NCBI GenBank assembly: GCA_026414685.1
Contig: JAOAIN010000014.1
Span: 1-34,631 of the forward strand
Source: Candidatus Goldiibacteriota bacterium
GTDB lineage: Bacteria; Oederibacteriota; PGYV01; DSYL01
DNA length: 34,631 nt
Direction of reading: 5' to 3'
Below, one piece after another: positions 1 through 9,388 of the stretch. Both the position numbers and the translations under genes were made by a program. The notes under the pieces are model-generated. The model saw only the letters and a program-made list of their open reading frames with translations, did no database searches and was not told the origin of the DNA. Position 1 is the first letter of the stretch. Each line of letters starts with the position of its first letter.

Positions 1-1416
1 ACAAGCAGTTTTGAATATTTTCCAGGTGTGCCTATATTTCATAGTAAAGACCTTGTTCACTGGGAACAGATAGGACACTGCTTGACACGCAAAAGCCAGT
101 TACAACTTACAAATGCACAATGTTACTCTGGTATTTTTGCTCCTACAATACGCTATCATAATGGTTTATTTTATATGACTACAACAAATACTTCTGGCAT
201 TGGCAATTTTATAGTTACAGCAAAAGACCCAAAAGGTCCATGGTCAGAACCAATACCTGTTGCGCAAAAAGGAATAGACCCATCTCTTTTCTTTGATAAA
301 GATGGAACTGTTTATTACACTACATCATGTGATGGTGCGATGCAAAGTGTGATTGATATAAAAACAGGTAAATTACTAACCAAGCCAAAAGTAATTTGGA
401 AAGGAACAGGTGGCAGGTATCCAGAAGCACCACATTTATATTTTATAAATGGCTGGTATTATCTCATGCTTGCAGAAGGTGGGACTGGTTATGAGCACAT
501 GGTAACAATTGCCCGTGCAAAAAGTCCATGGGGACCTTTTGAACCATGCCCTAGAAACCCTGTATTAACTCATAGAAGTTTACCAGGAATAATAAGAGCA
601 ACAGGCCATGCTGATTTAATATATACAGGGAAATACTGGTTTGCTGTTTTCTTAGGAGTCAGAACTTATGGTTATGATGATACACATAACATAGGCCGCG
701 AGACATTTTTATGTCCTGTTACATGGGCTGATGATGGTTTTCCTATATTTGGTGATAATGGCAAAGTTCATCTGGAAATGGAATCGCCTTTAAAACCATA
801 TCCTGTAACAAAAATTCCACCAAAAGACGATTTTAATAGTGAAAAACTTGCATTTTACTGGAATTATTTACGTAATCCAGATGAAAAACTTTATTCTTTA
901 AAAGAACGTCCTGGATTTTTGCGCCTTAAAGGGTCAAAATATAATCTTTTTGATATTGCATCTCCTACATGGCTTGGCAGACGGCAGTGCCATCATAATG
1001 TGAAAGTAACAGTTGCAATTGAATTTAAACCAGAAAAAGAAAACGAAGAAGCAGGTTTATGTGTCAGGAAAAACGAAAATCATCATTATGAAATTTTTTT
1101 AACAAAAAGAAAGAAAAAATTGTGTGTGGTATTACGAAAGACAATTGCAGACATCACAGTTGAATCTGCCTGTAAACCACTGCCTGATAGTTTTAAAAAA
1201 AGATGTATTCTTGCAATTGATGCAGATATAAATAACTATACCTTTTTATTTGGAAAATCTAAAAATAATTTAAAAATGCTTGGAAAGGGAATTACGCGAT
1301 ATCTATCATCAGAAATAGCAGGTGGGTTTACAGGAGTATATTTTGCAATGTACGCAACAGGTAACGGTAAACCCTGCAAAAATCCTGCTGATTTTGATTG
1401 GTTTGAGTATTTATAA
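1..1416 (+). CDS. Glycoside hydrolase family 43 (beta-xylosidase / alpha-L-arabinofuranosidase-like), 5' end cut by window edge
   Basis: Frame 1 is open from base 1 (TSSFEYFPGVPIFHSKDLVHWEQIGH...), so the ATG at 28 is internal. GH43 propeller-type motifs are present: SKDLVHW, APTIRYHNGLFYM, DPSLFFDKDG, EAPHLYFINGWYYLMLAEGGT, GHADL. A beta-sandwich-like C-terminal half follows. Stop TAA at 1414-1416. Confidence 0.8.
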   Translation, partial: TSSFEYFPGVPIFHSKDLVHWEQIGHCLTRKSQLQLTNAQCYSGIFAPTIRYHNGLFYMTTTNTSGIGNFIVTAKDPKGPWSEPIPVAQKGIDPSLFFDKDGTVYYTTSCDGAMQSVIDIKTGKLLTKPKVIWKGTGGRYPEAPHLYFINGWYYLMLAEGGTGYEHMVTIARAKSPWGPFEPCPRNPVLTHRSLPGIIRATGHADLIYTGKYWFAVFLGVRTYGYDDTHNIGRETFLCPVTWADDGFPIFGDNGKVHLEMESPLKPYPVTKIPPKDDFNSEKLAFYWNYLRNPDEKLYSLKERPGFLRLKGSKYNLFDIASPTWLGRRQCHHNVKVTVAIEFKPEKENEEAGLCVRKNENHHYEIFLTKRKKKLCVVLRKTIADITVESACKPLPDSFKKRCILAIDADINNYTFLFGKSKNNLKMLGKGITRYLSSEIAGGFTGVYFAMYATGNGKPCKNPADFDWFEYL

Positions 1417-1435
1417 ATATTTTTTTGTTTCTATC

Positions 1436-1463
1436 TTGCAAATCAAAAATAATAGCGTATAAT
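1436..1463 (+). promoter_or_regulatory. Candidate sigma70-type promoter for thiC
   Basis: TTGCAA (1436-1441), 16 nt, TATAAT (1458-1463). AAGGAG RBS at 1482-1487 precedes the ATG at 1493. TATAAT-like hexamers are common by chance in DNA this AT-rich. Confidence 0.4.
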
Positions 1464-1492
1464 ATTTTTATCCTATTTAAAAAGGAGTATTT

Positions 1493-2779
1493 ATGACGCA
1501 GTTAGAAGCAGCAAAAAAAGGTATAGTAACAGAAGAGATGAAAAAAGTTTCTCAGGATGAAAATATAAACATAAAAGAACTCTGTGAATTAGTTGCAAAG
1601 GGAGAAGTGGTGATTACAAAAAATAAAAATAGGACATTTTCTAAAATAATAGGTATAGGTAGTAAAACTCGTGTAAAAGTAAATGCAAATATAGGCAGTT
1701 CCCAGGATATTTTTAGCATTGAAAACGAACTTAAAAAACTAAAAGCATCAATAGATGCAGGCACTGATACAGTAATGGACTTATCTACTGGTGGAAATAT
1801 AAAAGAAATAAGAAAGGCAATTTTACAAAATTCATCAGTTCCAGTTGGAACTGTTCCAATTTATGAGACAGCCGTCAATGCTCTAAATAATAAAAAACCA
1901 ATAGACCAAATCACTGCTGATGAAATTTTCACAACAATAGAAGAACATGCTAAACAAGGTGTTGATTTTATAACTGTTCATTGTGGTATAAATCAAAAAT
2001 CCTTGTCTACTTTAATCTCTCAAGGTCGTTTACTTGACATAGTAAGTCGTGGCGGGTCTATGCTTGCTGTATGGATGATTAAAAATAATAAAGAAAATCC
2101 TTTATATTCTGATTTTGATCGGCTCTTGCAAATAGCATATGAATATGATTTAACTTTATCTTTAGGAGATGGAATGCGACCCGGCTGCCTTGCAGATGCA
2201 ACAGATAGAGCTCAAATTCAGGAATTAATAACTCTTGGAGAACTTGCAAAAAGGGCATATGAAAAAAATGTTCAGGTAATAATAGAAGGACCAGGCCATA
2301 TCCCTATAAATGAAATAGAAACAAATATAAAACTACAAAAATCCATCTGTAACAATGCTCCTTTTTATGTATTAGGACCTATTGTTACAGACATTGCTCC
2401 TGGTTATGACCATATAACATCTGCAATAGGTGGAGCTTTGGCTGCTTATTTTGGAGCAGACTTTTTATGTTATGTAACATCTGCCGAGCACCTAAAACTT
2501 CCAGACATAGAAGAAGTGAAAGAAGGAGTAATAGTAAGTAGAATTGCAGCCCATGCTGCAGATATTGCACGTGGGTATCCAGGTGCTAAAAACTGGGATA
2601 ATCAAATGGCACTTGCAAGAAAAAATCTTGACTGGGAAAAACAGATAACACTTGCAATTAATCCAGAAAAAGCTAGAAAACTAAGGGAAGCATGCCCACC
2701 TAAAAATAAAGATGTCTGTTCAATGTGTGGAGAATTATGTGCAATAAAAGAGTTAAAAGACGCAATAAATAAAATTTAA
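1493..2779 (+). CDS. thiC: Phosphomethylpyrimidine synthase ThiC (short anaerobe-type form)
   Basis: 428 aa. Good RBS. Conserved ThiC blocks: NANIGSS, VPIYE, FITVHCG, SRGGS, EGPGHIP, VLGPIVTDIAPGYDHITSAIGGA. C-terminal Fe-S cluster motif CSMCGELC (CX2CX4C). Confidence 0.93.
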   Translation: MTQLEAAKKGIVTEEMKKVSQDENINIKELCELVAKGEVVITKNKNRTFSKIIGIGSKTRVKVNANIGSSQDIFSIENELKKLKASIDAGTDTVMDLSTGGNIKEIRKAILQNSSVPVGTVPIYETAVNALNNKKPIDQITADEIFTTIEEHAKQGVDFITVHCGINQKSLSTLISQGRLLDIVSRGGSMLAVWMIKNNKENPLYSDFDRLLQIAYEYDLTLSLGDGMRPGCLADATDRAQIQELITLGELAKRAYEKNVQVIIEGPGHIPINEIETNIKLQKSICNNAPFYVLGPIVTDIAPGYDHITSAIGGALAAYFGADFLCYVTSAEHLKLPDIEEVKEGVIVSRIAAHAADIARGYPGAKNWDNQMALARKNLDWEKQITLAINPEKARKLREACPPKNKDVCSMCGELCAIKELKDAINKI

Positions 2780-3189
2780 TCCTTATAAATCAAGGATATA
2801 GAAACTCCTGCTGCAACATAACTCACAAGACCTTGCAAAATCCAGGAAACAAGTAAATCCATTGTAAATTTTCCAACTACAAGAAGTGTTATGAGTGGTT
2901 GGTGCACGATTATAAGCCATACAATAAATCCCCAAAAAACTCCTTTAAAAATATTCCCACCAGGTAACCCTGAATAAATCAAAGAATAAAAAAGTGCCAT
3001 TATAATTCCTGTTCCAGCAGTAATTATTAAAAGTTTATAAAACCATTTCATAGAAATTTTTTCTCTAAAAATATGGCTCAAAGACGGATCAGAAATATGG
3101 CCGATATAATTATAAACAATACTTGCAGCAACAAATAAAATTACTCCTGCAACAACTCCTGATAATAATATTTTTAGTAATCTATCCAT
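2776..3189 (-). CDS. Small integral membrane protein, about 4 TM segments, function unknown
   Basis: 137-aa ORF with four hydrophobic stretches. GGAGGG RBS complement sits just upstream of the start at 3189. Its stop overlaps the thiC stop in a TTAA palindrome (2776-2779). I recognise no family. Confidence 0.6.
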   Translation of the reverse strand: MDRLLKILLSGVVAGVILFVAASIVYNYIGHISDPSLSHIFREKISMKWFYKLLIITAGTGIIMALFYSLIYSGLPGGNIFKGVFWGFIVWLIIVHQPLITLLVVGKFTMDLLVSWILQGLVSYVAAGVSISLIYKD

Positions 3190-3214
3190 ATAATCCCTCC
3201 TTTTATTTTTTTAT

Positions 3215-3242
3215 ATAATAACATAAAATATTTTTATGTAAA
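3215..3242 (-). promoter_or_regulatory. Candidate promoter for the small membrane protein gene
   Basis: On the - strand: TTTACA (3237-3242), 16 nt, TATTAT (3215-3220) preceded by TGT. It lies between the hsp20 terminator and the start at 3189. Confidence 0.3.
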
Positions 3243-3243
3243 T

Positions 3244-3272
3244 AAAAAAAGAGACAGGGCTTACCTGTCTCT
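3244..3272 (-). terminator. Rho-independent terminator downstream of hsp20
   Basis: Perfect 9-bp stem AGAGACAGG / CCTGTCTCT (3250-3258 / 3264-3272) with a 5-nt loop. Read on the - strand it is followed by a run of 7 T (3244-3250). It lies 19 nt past the hsp20 stop. Confidence 0.8.
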
Positions 3273-3290
3273 TTAGCCAAGATGGGCTAC

Positions 3291-3719
3291 TTATTTAACT
3301 TTTATTTCTTTTGGTTTTTTGCTTTCTGTTTTAGGAATCTGGATTTCCAGGACACCATTTTCATATTTAGCATCAATTTTATCCACATCACTATCAGAAG
3401 GAAGTACAAACCTGCGTTCAAAAGCGCCGTAGCTCCTTTCGTAATAATGATATTTTTTATCTTTATCTTCTTCTTTCTTTTCATGTTTTCTTTCTCCATA
3501 TATTTTTAATACGCCATCATCAACTTCAACTTTAATATCATCCTGTTTCATACCAGGGATATCGGCTTTTAAAACATATTTATCCTTATCTTCTACAATA
3601 TCTACGGCTGGTGATAATCTTTCACTCGCAGGTAATAGGTCTGTATTAAAGAAGGAATCAAAGAAGTCTGCAAAAATGTCTCTTCTTGATGGTGTCCCGC
3701 TTCTTTTTATCAGTTTCAT
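3291..3719 (-). CDS. hsp20: Hsp20 / alpha-crystallin family small heat-shock protein
   Basis: Alpha-crystallin domain: PAVDIVEDKDKYVLKADIPGMKQDDIKVEVDDGVLKIYGER ... GAFERRFVLP ... YENGVLEIQIPK. The track start (GTG at 3728) overlaps the GGAGG RBS (complement of 3728-3732). I therefore place the start at the ATG at 3719 (MKLIKRSG...). Confidence 0.9.
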   Translation of the reverse strand: MKLIKRSGTPSRRDIFADFFDSFFNTDLLPASERLSPAVDIVEDKDKYVLKADIPGMKQDDIKVEVDDGVLKIYGERKHEKKEEDKDKKYHYYERSYGAFERRFVLPSDSDVDKIDAKYENGVLEIQIPKTESKKPKEIKVK

Positions 3720-3914
3720 ATCTACCACCTCCTTATTTTATTTTATTTTTTTGATAAATATAGCATAATGTATGCCACATAAACTCATAAAAAAATATTT
3801 AAAATTTATATTATTTGCATAATTTTTTGTTAAAATTTGAAACAAAAATTTGTAAAAAAATGAAACAAAAAGCTCACATTTTTCATACTAATTAAAAAAA
3901 TAATTATTTTTTTA

Positions 3915-3942
3915 TTGCATTTTTAATATTTTATGTTATAAT
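3915..3942 (+). promoter_or_regulatory. Candidate dnaA promoter
   Basis: TTGCAT (3915-3920), 16 nt, TATAAT (3937-3942) preceded by TGT (extended -10). The DnaA-box array lies between it and the dnaA start, which would fit autoregulation. Confidence 0.4.
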
Positions 3943-3975
3943 TATGTTCAAATTAATACGATTTATTAACATTTT

Positions 3976-4018
3976 TGTGAATAATATGTGAATAATTTTG
4001 TAGATTAATTGTTAATAA
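3976..4018 (-). promoter_or_regulatory. Head-to-tail array of four DnaA-box-like 9-mers
   Basis: TGTGAATAA (3976-3984), ta, TGTGAATAA (3987-3995), ttt, TGTAGATTA (3999-4007), at, TGTTAATAA (4010-4018). The four carry 1, 1, 2 and 2 mismatches to TGTGGATAA, the complement of TTATCCACA. All share one orientation, with starts spaced 11, 12 and 11 bp apart. Confidence 0.6.
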
Positions 4019-4084
4019 ATTTAAAAATGCTTGTATTTATTATATTTTTTAAATAGTTAATTTTTGTAATTATTTTATTAAAAT

Positions 4085-4093
4085 TGTGGATAA
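4085..4093 (-). promoter_or_regulatory. Perfect consensus DnaA box
   Basis: TGTGGATAA is the exact complement of TTATCCACA. It lies 35 nt upstream of the dnaA start codon. Confidence 0.7.
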
Positions 4094-4127
4094 TTAATAA
4101 AGTTTAAAATCAAGGAGAATATAAATT

Positions 4128-5480
4128 TTGAAAAATAATGAAATGTTATCAAATGAAATTTCCAATATTTTAAAAAATGAAAATACAGGATTTTCTGTAT
4201 GGTTGGAAAAATCAACTATTTTGTTTGATGATGAAAAAAAGGTATTAACAATAAAAGTTCCAGATGCACTTCACAAAAAAACACTCATCAATAAATATAA
4301 TAATGAAATTATAAAAATATTAAAAAAACATCTCGGTTATACTGTTTCTTTAAATATTGAAATAAAAAAAGAAGTTGAACAGATAAAAAACATCTCACCA
4401 AAAATTTCAATCAAAGAACATCAAATACAATTACCACTTGAACCAAAAATTGATTATATCCCTTCTCTTAATTCACGATTTAGATTTGAAAATTTCATAG
4501 TTGGTGATTCAAATAAATTTGCCCACGCTGCCTGTAGGTCTGTTGCTGAAGCTCCTGGTCAAACATACAATCCACTTTTTATTTATGGTGGGGTGGGTTT
4601 GGGGAAAACACATCTTTTGCATGCTATTGGTAATTATGTATATGAACACTATCCTTCTTATAAAATAATTATTACAACAGCAGAAAAATTTCTTTATGAA
4701 GTTGTTCAAAAAATAAGAGAAAGCAGAATGGATGAATTTAAAGAAAAATACCGTAGTGCTGACCTTCTTTTAGTTGATGATATTGAATTTCTGCAAAAAG
4801 GAGAAGCAGCTAAAGAAGAATTTTTTCATACTTTCAATGAACTCTATAATTTAAATAAACAGATAGTTGCAACATCTGATTCTTCCCCACAAGAATTAAA
4901 ACTTGAAGAAAGATTAAAATCAAGATTTGGTGCAGGTATAATAGTTGATATACTACCACCAAATTTTGAAATGCGCGTTGCAATACTAAAACAAAAAGCA
5001 AAAGAACTCAATAAATATGTTCCTGATAATGTAATAGGATATATTGCAGAACATGTTGAAAACAATATACGTTATTTGGGTTCTACTCTTTTAACAATGT
5101 TTGCAATTGCTTCACAGAATAACGATGAAATAACCATTGATATTGCAAAGCAAGCTATAAAAATAACTAATCCTTCTTTTGATACAACAAAAAAAATAGG
5201 TATTGATATGATACAACAATGTGTTTCTGAGTATTTTGGAATAAAGATACAGGATTTAACATCTAGAAAAAGACCTGATAATATTTCAAAAGCAAGGCAG
5301 ATTGCAATGTATATTGCTAGACAACTAACAGATTATTCACTTGTTCAAATTGGGCAATATTTTGGTGGCAAAGATCATACAACAGTAATGCATGCTATTA
5401 ATAAAATTGAAAAAATTATGAATACTGATGAAAAATTTAAAAAAACCATAGAAGAATTAATGGCAAGAATAAAAAAATAA
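4128..5480 (+). CDS. dnaA: Chromosomal replication initiator protein DnaA
   Basis: 450 aa. TTG start 10 nt after AGGAG (4113-4117); an alternative ATG lies at 4143. Walker A GGVGLGKTHL, Walker B LLLVDDIEFL. C-terminal DNA-binding signature: KARQIAMYIARQLT ... GGKDHTTVMHA. Confidence 0.95.
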   Translation: MKNNEMLSNEISNILKNENTGFSVWLEKSTILFDDEKKVLTIKVPDALHKKTLINKYNNEIIKILKKHLGYTVSLNIEIKKEVEQIKNISPKISIKEHQIQLPLEPKIDYIPSLNSRFRFENFIVGDSNKFAHAACRSVAEAPGQTYNPLFIYGGVGLGKTHLLHAIGNYVYEHYPSYKIIITTAEKFLYEVVQKIRESRMDEFKEKYRSADLLLVDDIEFLQKGEAAKEEFFHTFNELYNLNKQIVATSDSSPQELKLEERLKSRFGAGIIVDILPPNFEMRVAILKQKAKELNKYVPDNVIGYIAEHVENNIRYLGSTLLTMFAIASQNNDEITIDIAKQAIKITNPSFDTTKKIGIDMIQQCVSEYFGIKIQDLTSRKRPDNISKARQIAMYIARQLTDYSLVQIGQYFGGKDHTTVMHAINKIEKIMNTDEKFKKTIEELMARIKK

Positions 5481-5765
5481 AAATTTTTTTTATGTTCTTT
5501 GAAAAATGTTAATAAAATATTTAAATTTTGTTATTTATATGTGCATAAATAATTTTTAATTATTAAATGTTAATAATTATATAGTTTTCCAGTAATAATA
5601 TATTATTTATTAACATTAATAAATTAAATTTTATTTATAATTTTATAATAAATTTTTATATTTTAACAAGTTAACATTACAATAACAACAATAGCATATT
5701 TATTATTTAAATTATTTATTTTTGTTATTCGTGAAAAACTTTTAAAACTTTTTAGGAGGTATTTT
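5481..5765. other. Extremely AT-rich dnaA-dnaN spacer (possible unwinding element or second oriC half)
   Basis: 285 bp non-coding. Contains TGTTAATAA (5507-5515, 5568-5576), TTATTAACA (5607-5615) and TGTGCATAA (5540-5548, one mismatch to a DnaA box). The position matches the second half of bipartite origins known in other phyla. Confidence 0.35.
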
Positions 5766-6872
5766 ATGAAAATCAAAACGAATAAGAATGAAATTTTAAG
5801 TCCTTTACTAATTGCTCAGTATTTTATTTCACCTACTTCTACTTTACCTCTTCTTTCAAATATTTTATTTGAAGCAGAAGAAGACGGAATTTACATCTCT
5901 GCAACAGATATGGATATGAGTGTAAGAATAAAATCAAAAGTTGATAAAATAGAAGAAGTTGGTAAAACAACAATTCCAAAAAAAATAATATCTATTTTAA
6001 AAGAAGCTCCTGATGCAGAAATAAAAATTGATTCTGATAAAAATGATAATATAAAACTTCAATGGAAAGGTGGATATTGTAAAATTTTAGGATTACCTGC
6101 AGAAGATTTTCCTGTACTAAAAGTCGAAAATAATAAATTATCTAAAATAAAAATATCACAGAAAACATTAAAAGAAATTATTAAATACACATCATTTGCT
6201 GCATTAAAAGACTCAACAAAAAGAAATTTAAATGGTGTATTTTTAAAATTTGAAAATAATACTATAGAAACAGTTGCAACTGATGCACATCGCCTTTCCT
6301 TTTATAAAATTGAAACAAAATTGGATATTAAAACAGAATTTGAATATATCATACCTTTAAAAACAATAAATGAAATTTCAAAAATAATAGAAGATAAAGA
6401 AGATAAAGAAATTGAATTAAATTTATATGAAAAACTTATAGAATTTAAAATTGATAATATTGATATATTAACAAGAATAATAGATGAAAAATATCCAAAT
6501 TATAATCAGGTCATTCCAAAAGAATTCACTATTAATGCTATTGTAAAACGTATTGATTTTGAAAGTGCATTGAAAAGGGTATCTATGATATCAAGCGATA
6601 AAACAAGAATTGTTACTTTAAAGTTTGAGAAAAATAAAATGTTTATAAACTCTCAGGCCCAGGATGAAGGAGAAGCATACGAAGAACTTGATATAAAATA
6701 TGATGGGACTCCGATAGATATCACTTTTAATTCTAATTATCTACTTGATATTTTAAAAGTTCTTTCAGCAGAGGAAGTAGAAATAAAACTTAATAGTTCT
6801 ACAGATCCAGGCGTAATTACATATCCGGGAAGTAAAGATTTTGTTTATGTAATAATGCCTATAAGAAAATAA
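5766..6872 (+). CDS. dnaN: DNA polymerase III beta sliding clamp
   Basis: 368 aa. AGGAGG RBS upstream. Clamp motifs: SATDMDMS, VATDAHRLSF, DEKYPNYNQVIP, and a C-terminal VYVIMPIRK. Confidence 0.93.
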   Translation: MKIKTNKNEILSPLLIAQYFISPTSTLPLLSNILFEAEEDGIYISATDMDMSVRIKSKVDKIEEVGKTTIPKKIISILKEAPDAEIKIDSDKNDNIKLQWKGGYCKILGLPAEDFPVLKVENNKLSKIKISQKTLKEIIKYTSFAALKDSTKRNLNGVFLKFENNTIETVATDAHRLSFYKIETKLDIKTEFEYIIPLKTINEISKIIEDKEDKEIELNLYEKLIEFKIDNIDILTRIIDEKYPNYNQVIPKEFTINAIVKRIDFESALKRVSMISSDKTRIVTLKFEKNKMFINSQAQDEGEAYEELDIKYDGTPIDITFNSNYLLDILKVLSAEEVEIKLNSSTDPGVITYPGSKDFVYVIMPIRK

Positions 6873-6894
6873 ATTTTTATAAAAGGAAAAAATC

Positions 6895-9375
6895 ATGGAA
6901 GAAAAGAATAATAACCAAAAAGTAAAAACAGAAAAAATTATTCAAACACCAATTGAAGAGGAAATGAAAATATCTTATCTTGATTATTCCATGAGTGTTA
7001 TTGTTGGAAGAGCATTACCTGATATACGCGACGGATTAAAACCTGTTCAGAGAAGAATAATTTATACTATGTATCTGATGGGTTTACATCATACCAAACC
7101 ATATAGGAAATCTGCAAAAATAGTTGGAGAAGTTATGGGAAATTTTCATCCCCATGGGGATACTGCAATATATGACACCATGGTTAGAATGGCTCAAGAT
7201 TTTACTTTTAGAATGCCACTTATTCAAGGACAGGGAAATTTTGGTTCAATTGATGGTGATCCACCTGCTGCAATGCGTTATACTGAAGCACGGCTAAGCA
7301 AAATAGCAGATGAGTTAATATCTGACATTGATAAAGATACTGTTGATTTTGTTCCAAATTATGATGAATCTACAAAAGAACCTGTCGTATTTCCTGTTTC
7401 ATTTCCACATTTACTTATAAATGGCTCTTCTGGTATTGCTGTTGGTATGGCAACAAATATACCACCTCATAATTTTGGAGAAGTTATTGATGCTGTTATT
7501 TACAGAATTGATAATCTTGATGAGAAGGTTGAAATTGACGATATATTAAAAATTATAAAAGGTCCTGATTTTCCAACAGGTGCATATATTATAGGTAAAA
7601 CAGGTATAAAACAGGCATATTCTACTGGTAGGGGGACTATAACATTACAAGCAAAAGCAAAGATAGAAGAAACACAAAAAGGAAAACAACAAATTGTAAT
7701 TACAGAATTACCATATATGGTAAACAAAGCACAATTACTTGAAAACATAGCAGACCTTGTCAGAAATAAAAAAATAGATGGTATAACTGATATAAGAGAT
7801 GAATCAGATAAAGATGGTATAAGGGCAGTTATTGAAGTTGGTAGAAATGAAAATCCAGAAATAATTTTAAATCAGCTTTATAAACACACATCTCTTCGCA
7901 CAAGTTTTGGAATTATTTTTCTTGCACTGGTGGATGGAAAACCAAAAGTTTTAAATATACTTGAAATCATAGATAATTTCATAAATTATAGAAAAGAAGT
8001 CATAATAAGAAGAGCAAAATTTGATTTGGATAAAGCAGAGAAAAGAGCTCATATTTTAGAAGGTTTAAAAATTGCTCTTAAATATTTAGATCAAGTGATA
8101 AAACTTATAAGAAATTCAAAATCAGTGGAAGATGCAAAAGAAGGTTTAATGAAAAATTTTAAACTTACAGAAATTCAAGCGCAAGCCATACTTGATATGA
8201 AATTACAACAATTGACAGCCCTTGAAATAGAAAAATTAAATAAAGAATATCAGGATTTAATAAAACTAATAGAAGAATTAAAATCGTTACTTGCAAGTGA
8301 AAGAAAAATTTATAATTTAATGAAAGAAGAACTTTTGGAAATAAAAAATAAATATTCAGATCCAAGAAGGACTGAAATTTTAAGCAGGGAAAAAGAAATT
8401 TCAATTGAAGATCTTATAAAGGAAGAAGATATGGTTGTTACCATTACTCATTCGGGATATATTAAGAGAACTCCTGTATCGGTTTATAAAGCGCAGAGAA
8501 GAGGCGGCAGGGGTATAATTGCTGTTACAACAAAAGAAGAAGATTTTGTTGAAGATCTTTTTGTATCAAATACCCATGATTATTTACTGTTTTTTACCAA
8601 TAAGGGAAGATGTTACTGGCTTAAAGTATATGAAATACCTGAAGCAGGTAGACAAAATAAAGGAAAAGCAATTGTGAATTTAATAAAATTTGAGGAAGGC
8701 GAACGTATTTCCTCATATGTTTCTGTTAAGAATTTTAGTGAAGATAAATATATTATCATGGTAACTGAAAATGGAACTGTAAAAAGAAGCAATTTGTCTC
8801 TTTTTTCAAAACCAAGATCAGGTGGTATAATTGCGATAAATTTAGTTCCTGGAGATAATCTTATTGAAACAAGAATTGCAGAAGAAAGAGATGAAATTTT
8901 TATTGCAACATCAAATGGTATGGCAATACGTTCAAAAGTAAAAGAATTCAGAGAAATAGGAAGAACAGGGATGGGTGTACGTGGTATTAAATTAGGTAAA
9001 AATGATAAGGTTGTCAGTATGACAACTTTAAGTCCAGATGACAAAGATAAAACATTACTTTCTGTTTCTGAAAATGGTTTTGGTAAAAGAACAAAAGTGT
9101 CAGAATACAGATTGCAGGCAAGAGGCGGAAAAGGAATAATAAATCTTAAAGTAACTGATAAAACAGGTTCAGTAATATCTATAAAACTTGTTTCTGATAC
9201 AGATGAATTAATGATAATAACTACAAAAGGAACGCTTATAAGAACAAAAATAAAAGATATAAAAACGATTGGTAGGAATACTCAGGGGGTTCGTTTGATT
9301 AAATTAAAAGAAGGCGAAAAAGTAAGCGCGGTCGCAAGAATTGCCGAAGAAGACGAGAAAGATGAAAAGGAATAA
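6895..9375 (+). CDS. gyrA: DNA gyrase subunit A
   Basis: 826 aa. Motifs: [26 protein letters not shown] (catalytic Tyr). The GyrA-box QRRGGRG in the C-terminal beta-pinwheel separates gyrase from ParC. Acidic C-terminal tail. Confidence 0.95.
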   Translation: MEEKNNNQKVKTEKIIQTPIEEEMKISYLDYSMSVIVGRALPDIRDGLKPVQRRIIYTMYLMGLHHTKPYRKSAKIVGEVMGNFHPHGDTAIYDTMVRMAQDFTFRMPLIQGQGNFGSIDGDPPAAMRYTEARLSKIADELISDIDKDTVDFVPNYDESTKEPVVFPVSFPHLLINGSSGIAVGMATNIPPHNFGEVIDAVIYRIDNLDEKVEIDDILKIIKGPDFPTGAYIIGKTGIKQAYSTGRGTITLQAKAKIEETQKGKQQIVITELPYMVNKAQLLENIADLVRNKKIDGITDIRDESDKDGIRAVIEVGRNENPEIILNQLYKHTSLRTSFGIIFLALVDGKPKVLNILEIIDNFINYRKEVIIRRAKFDLDKAEKRAHILEGLKIALKYLDQVIKLIRNSKSVEDAKEGLMKNFKLTEIQAQAILDMKLQQLTALEIEKLNKEYQDLIKLIEELKSLLASERKIYNLMKEELLEIKNKYSDPRRTEILSREKEISIEDLIKEEDMVVTITHSGYIKRTPVSVYKAQRRGGRGIIAVTTKEEDFVEDLFVSNTHDYLLFFTNKGRCYWLKVYEIPEAGRQNKGKAIVNLIKFEEGERISSYVSVKNFSEDKYIIMVTENGTVKRSNLSLFSKPRSGGIIAINLVPGDNLIETRIAEERDEIFIATSNGMAIRSKVKEFREIGRTGMGVRGIKLGKNDKVVSMTTLSPDDKDKTLLSVSENGFGKRTKVSEYRLQARGGKGIINLKVTDKTGSVISIKLVSDTDELMIITTKGTLIRTKIKDIKTIGRNTQGVRLIKLKEGEKVSAVARIAEEDEKDEKE

Positions 9376-9388
9376 TTAGGAGGAAAAA

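Larger units (their letters stand above)
3729..4127. other. Candidate oriC / dnaA control region (AT-rich spacer with DnaA boxes)
   Basis: 399-bp non-coding spacer at the point where gene orientation switches from - (hsp20) to + (dnaA onward). It holds a phased array of DnaA-box-like 9-mers and one perfect box (listed separately). A direct repeat TGAAACAAAAA occurs at 3838-3848 and 3861-3871. Confidence 0.6.

Noticed and set aside
2776-2779. Convergent thiC and membrane-protein genes sharing a TTAA stop-codon overlap with no terminator between them
   Set aside because: Such overlaps are common in compact genomes. Nothing else here suggests antisense regulation.
3282-3509. + strand 75-aa ORF and - strand 65-aa ORF overlapping hsp20
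   Set aside because: These are out-of-frame or antisense overlaps of a well-supported alpha-crystallin gene with low-complexity F/K-rich translations.
3838-3871. Direct repeat TGAAACAAAAA at 3838-3848 and 3861-3871 in the dnaA-upstream spacer, considered as unwinding-element repeats or iterons
   Set aside because: There are only two copies of an A-rich 11-mer in very A-rich DNA, so I cannot separate this from chance. It is noted in the oriC feature but not promoted to a finding.
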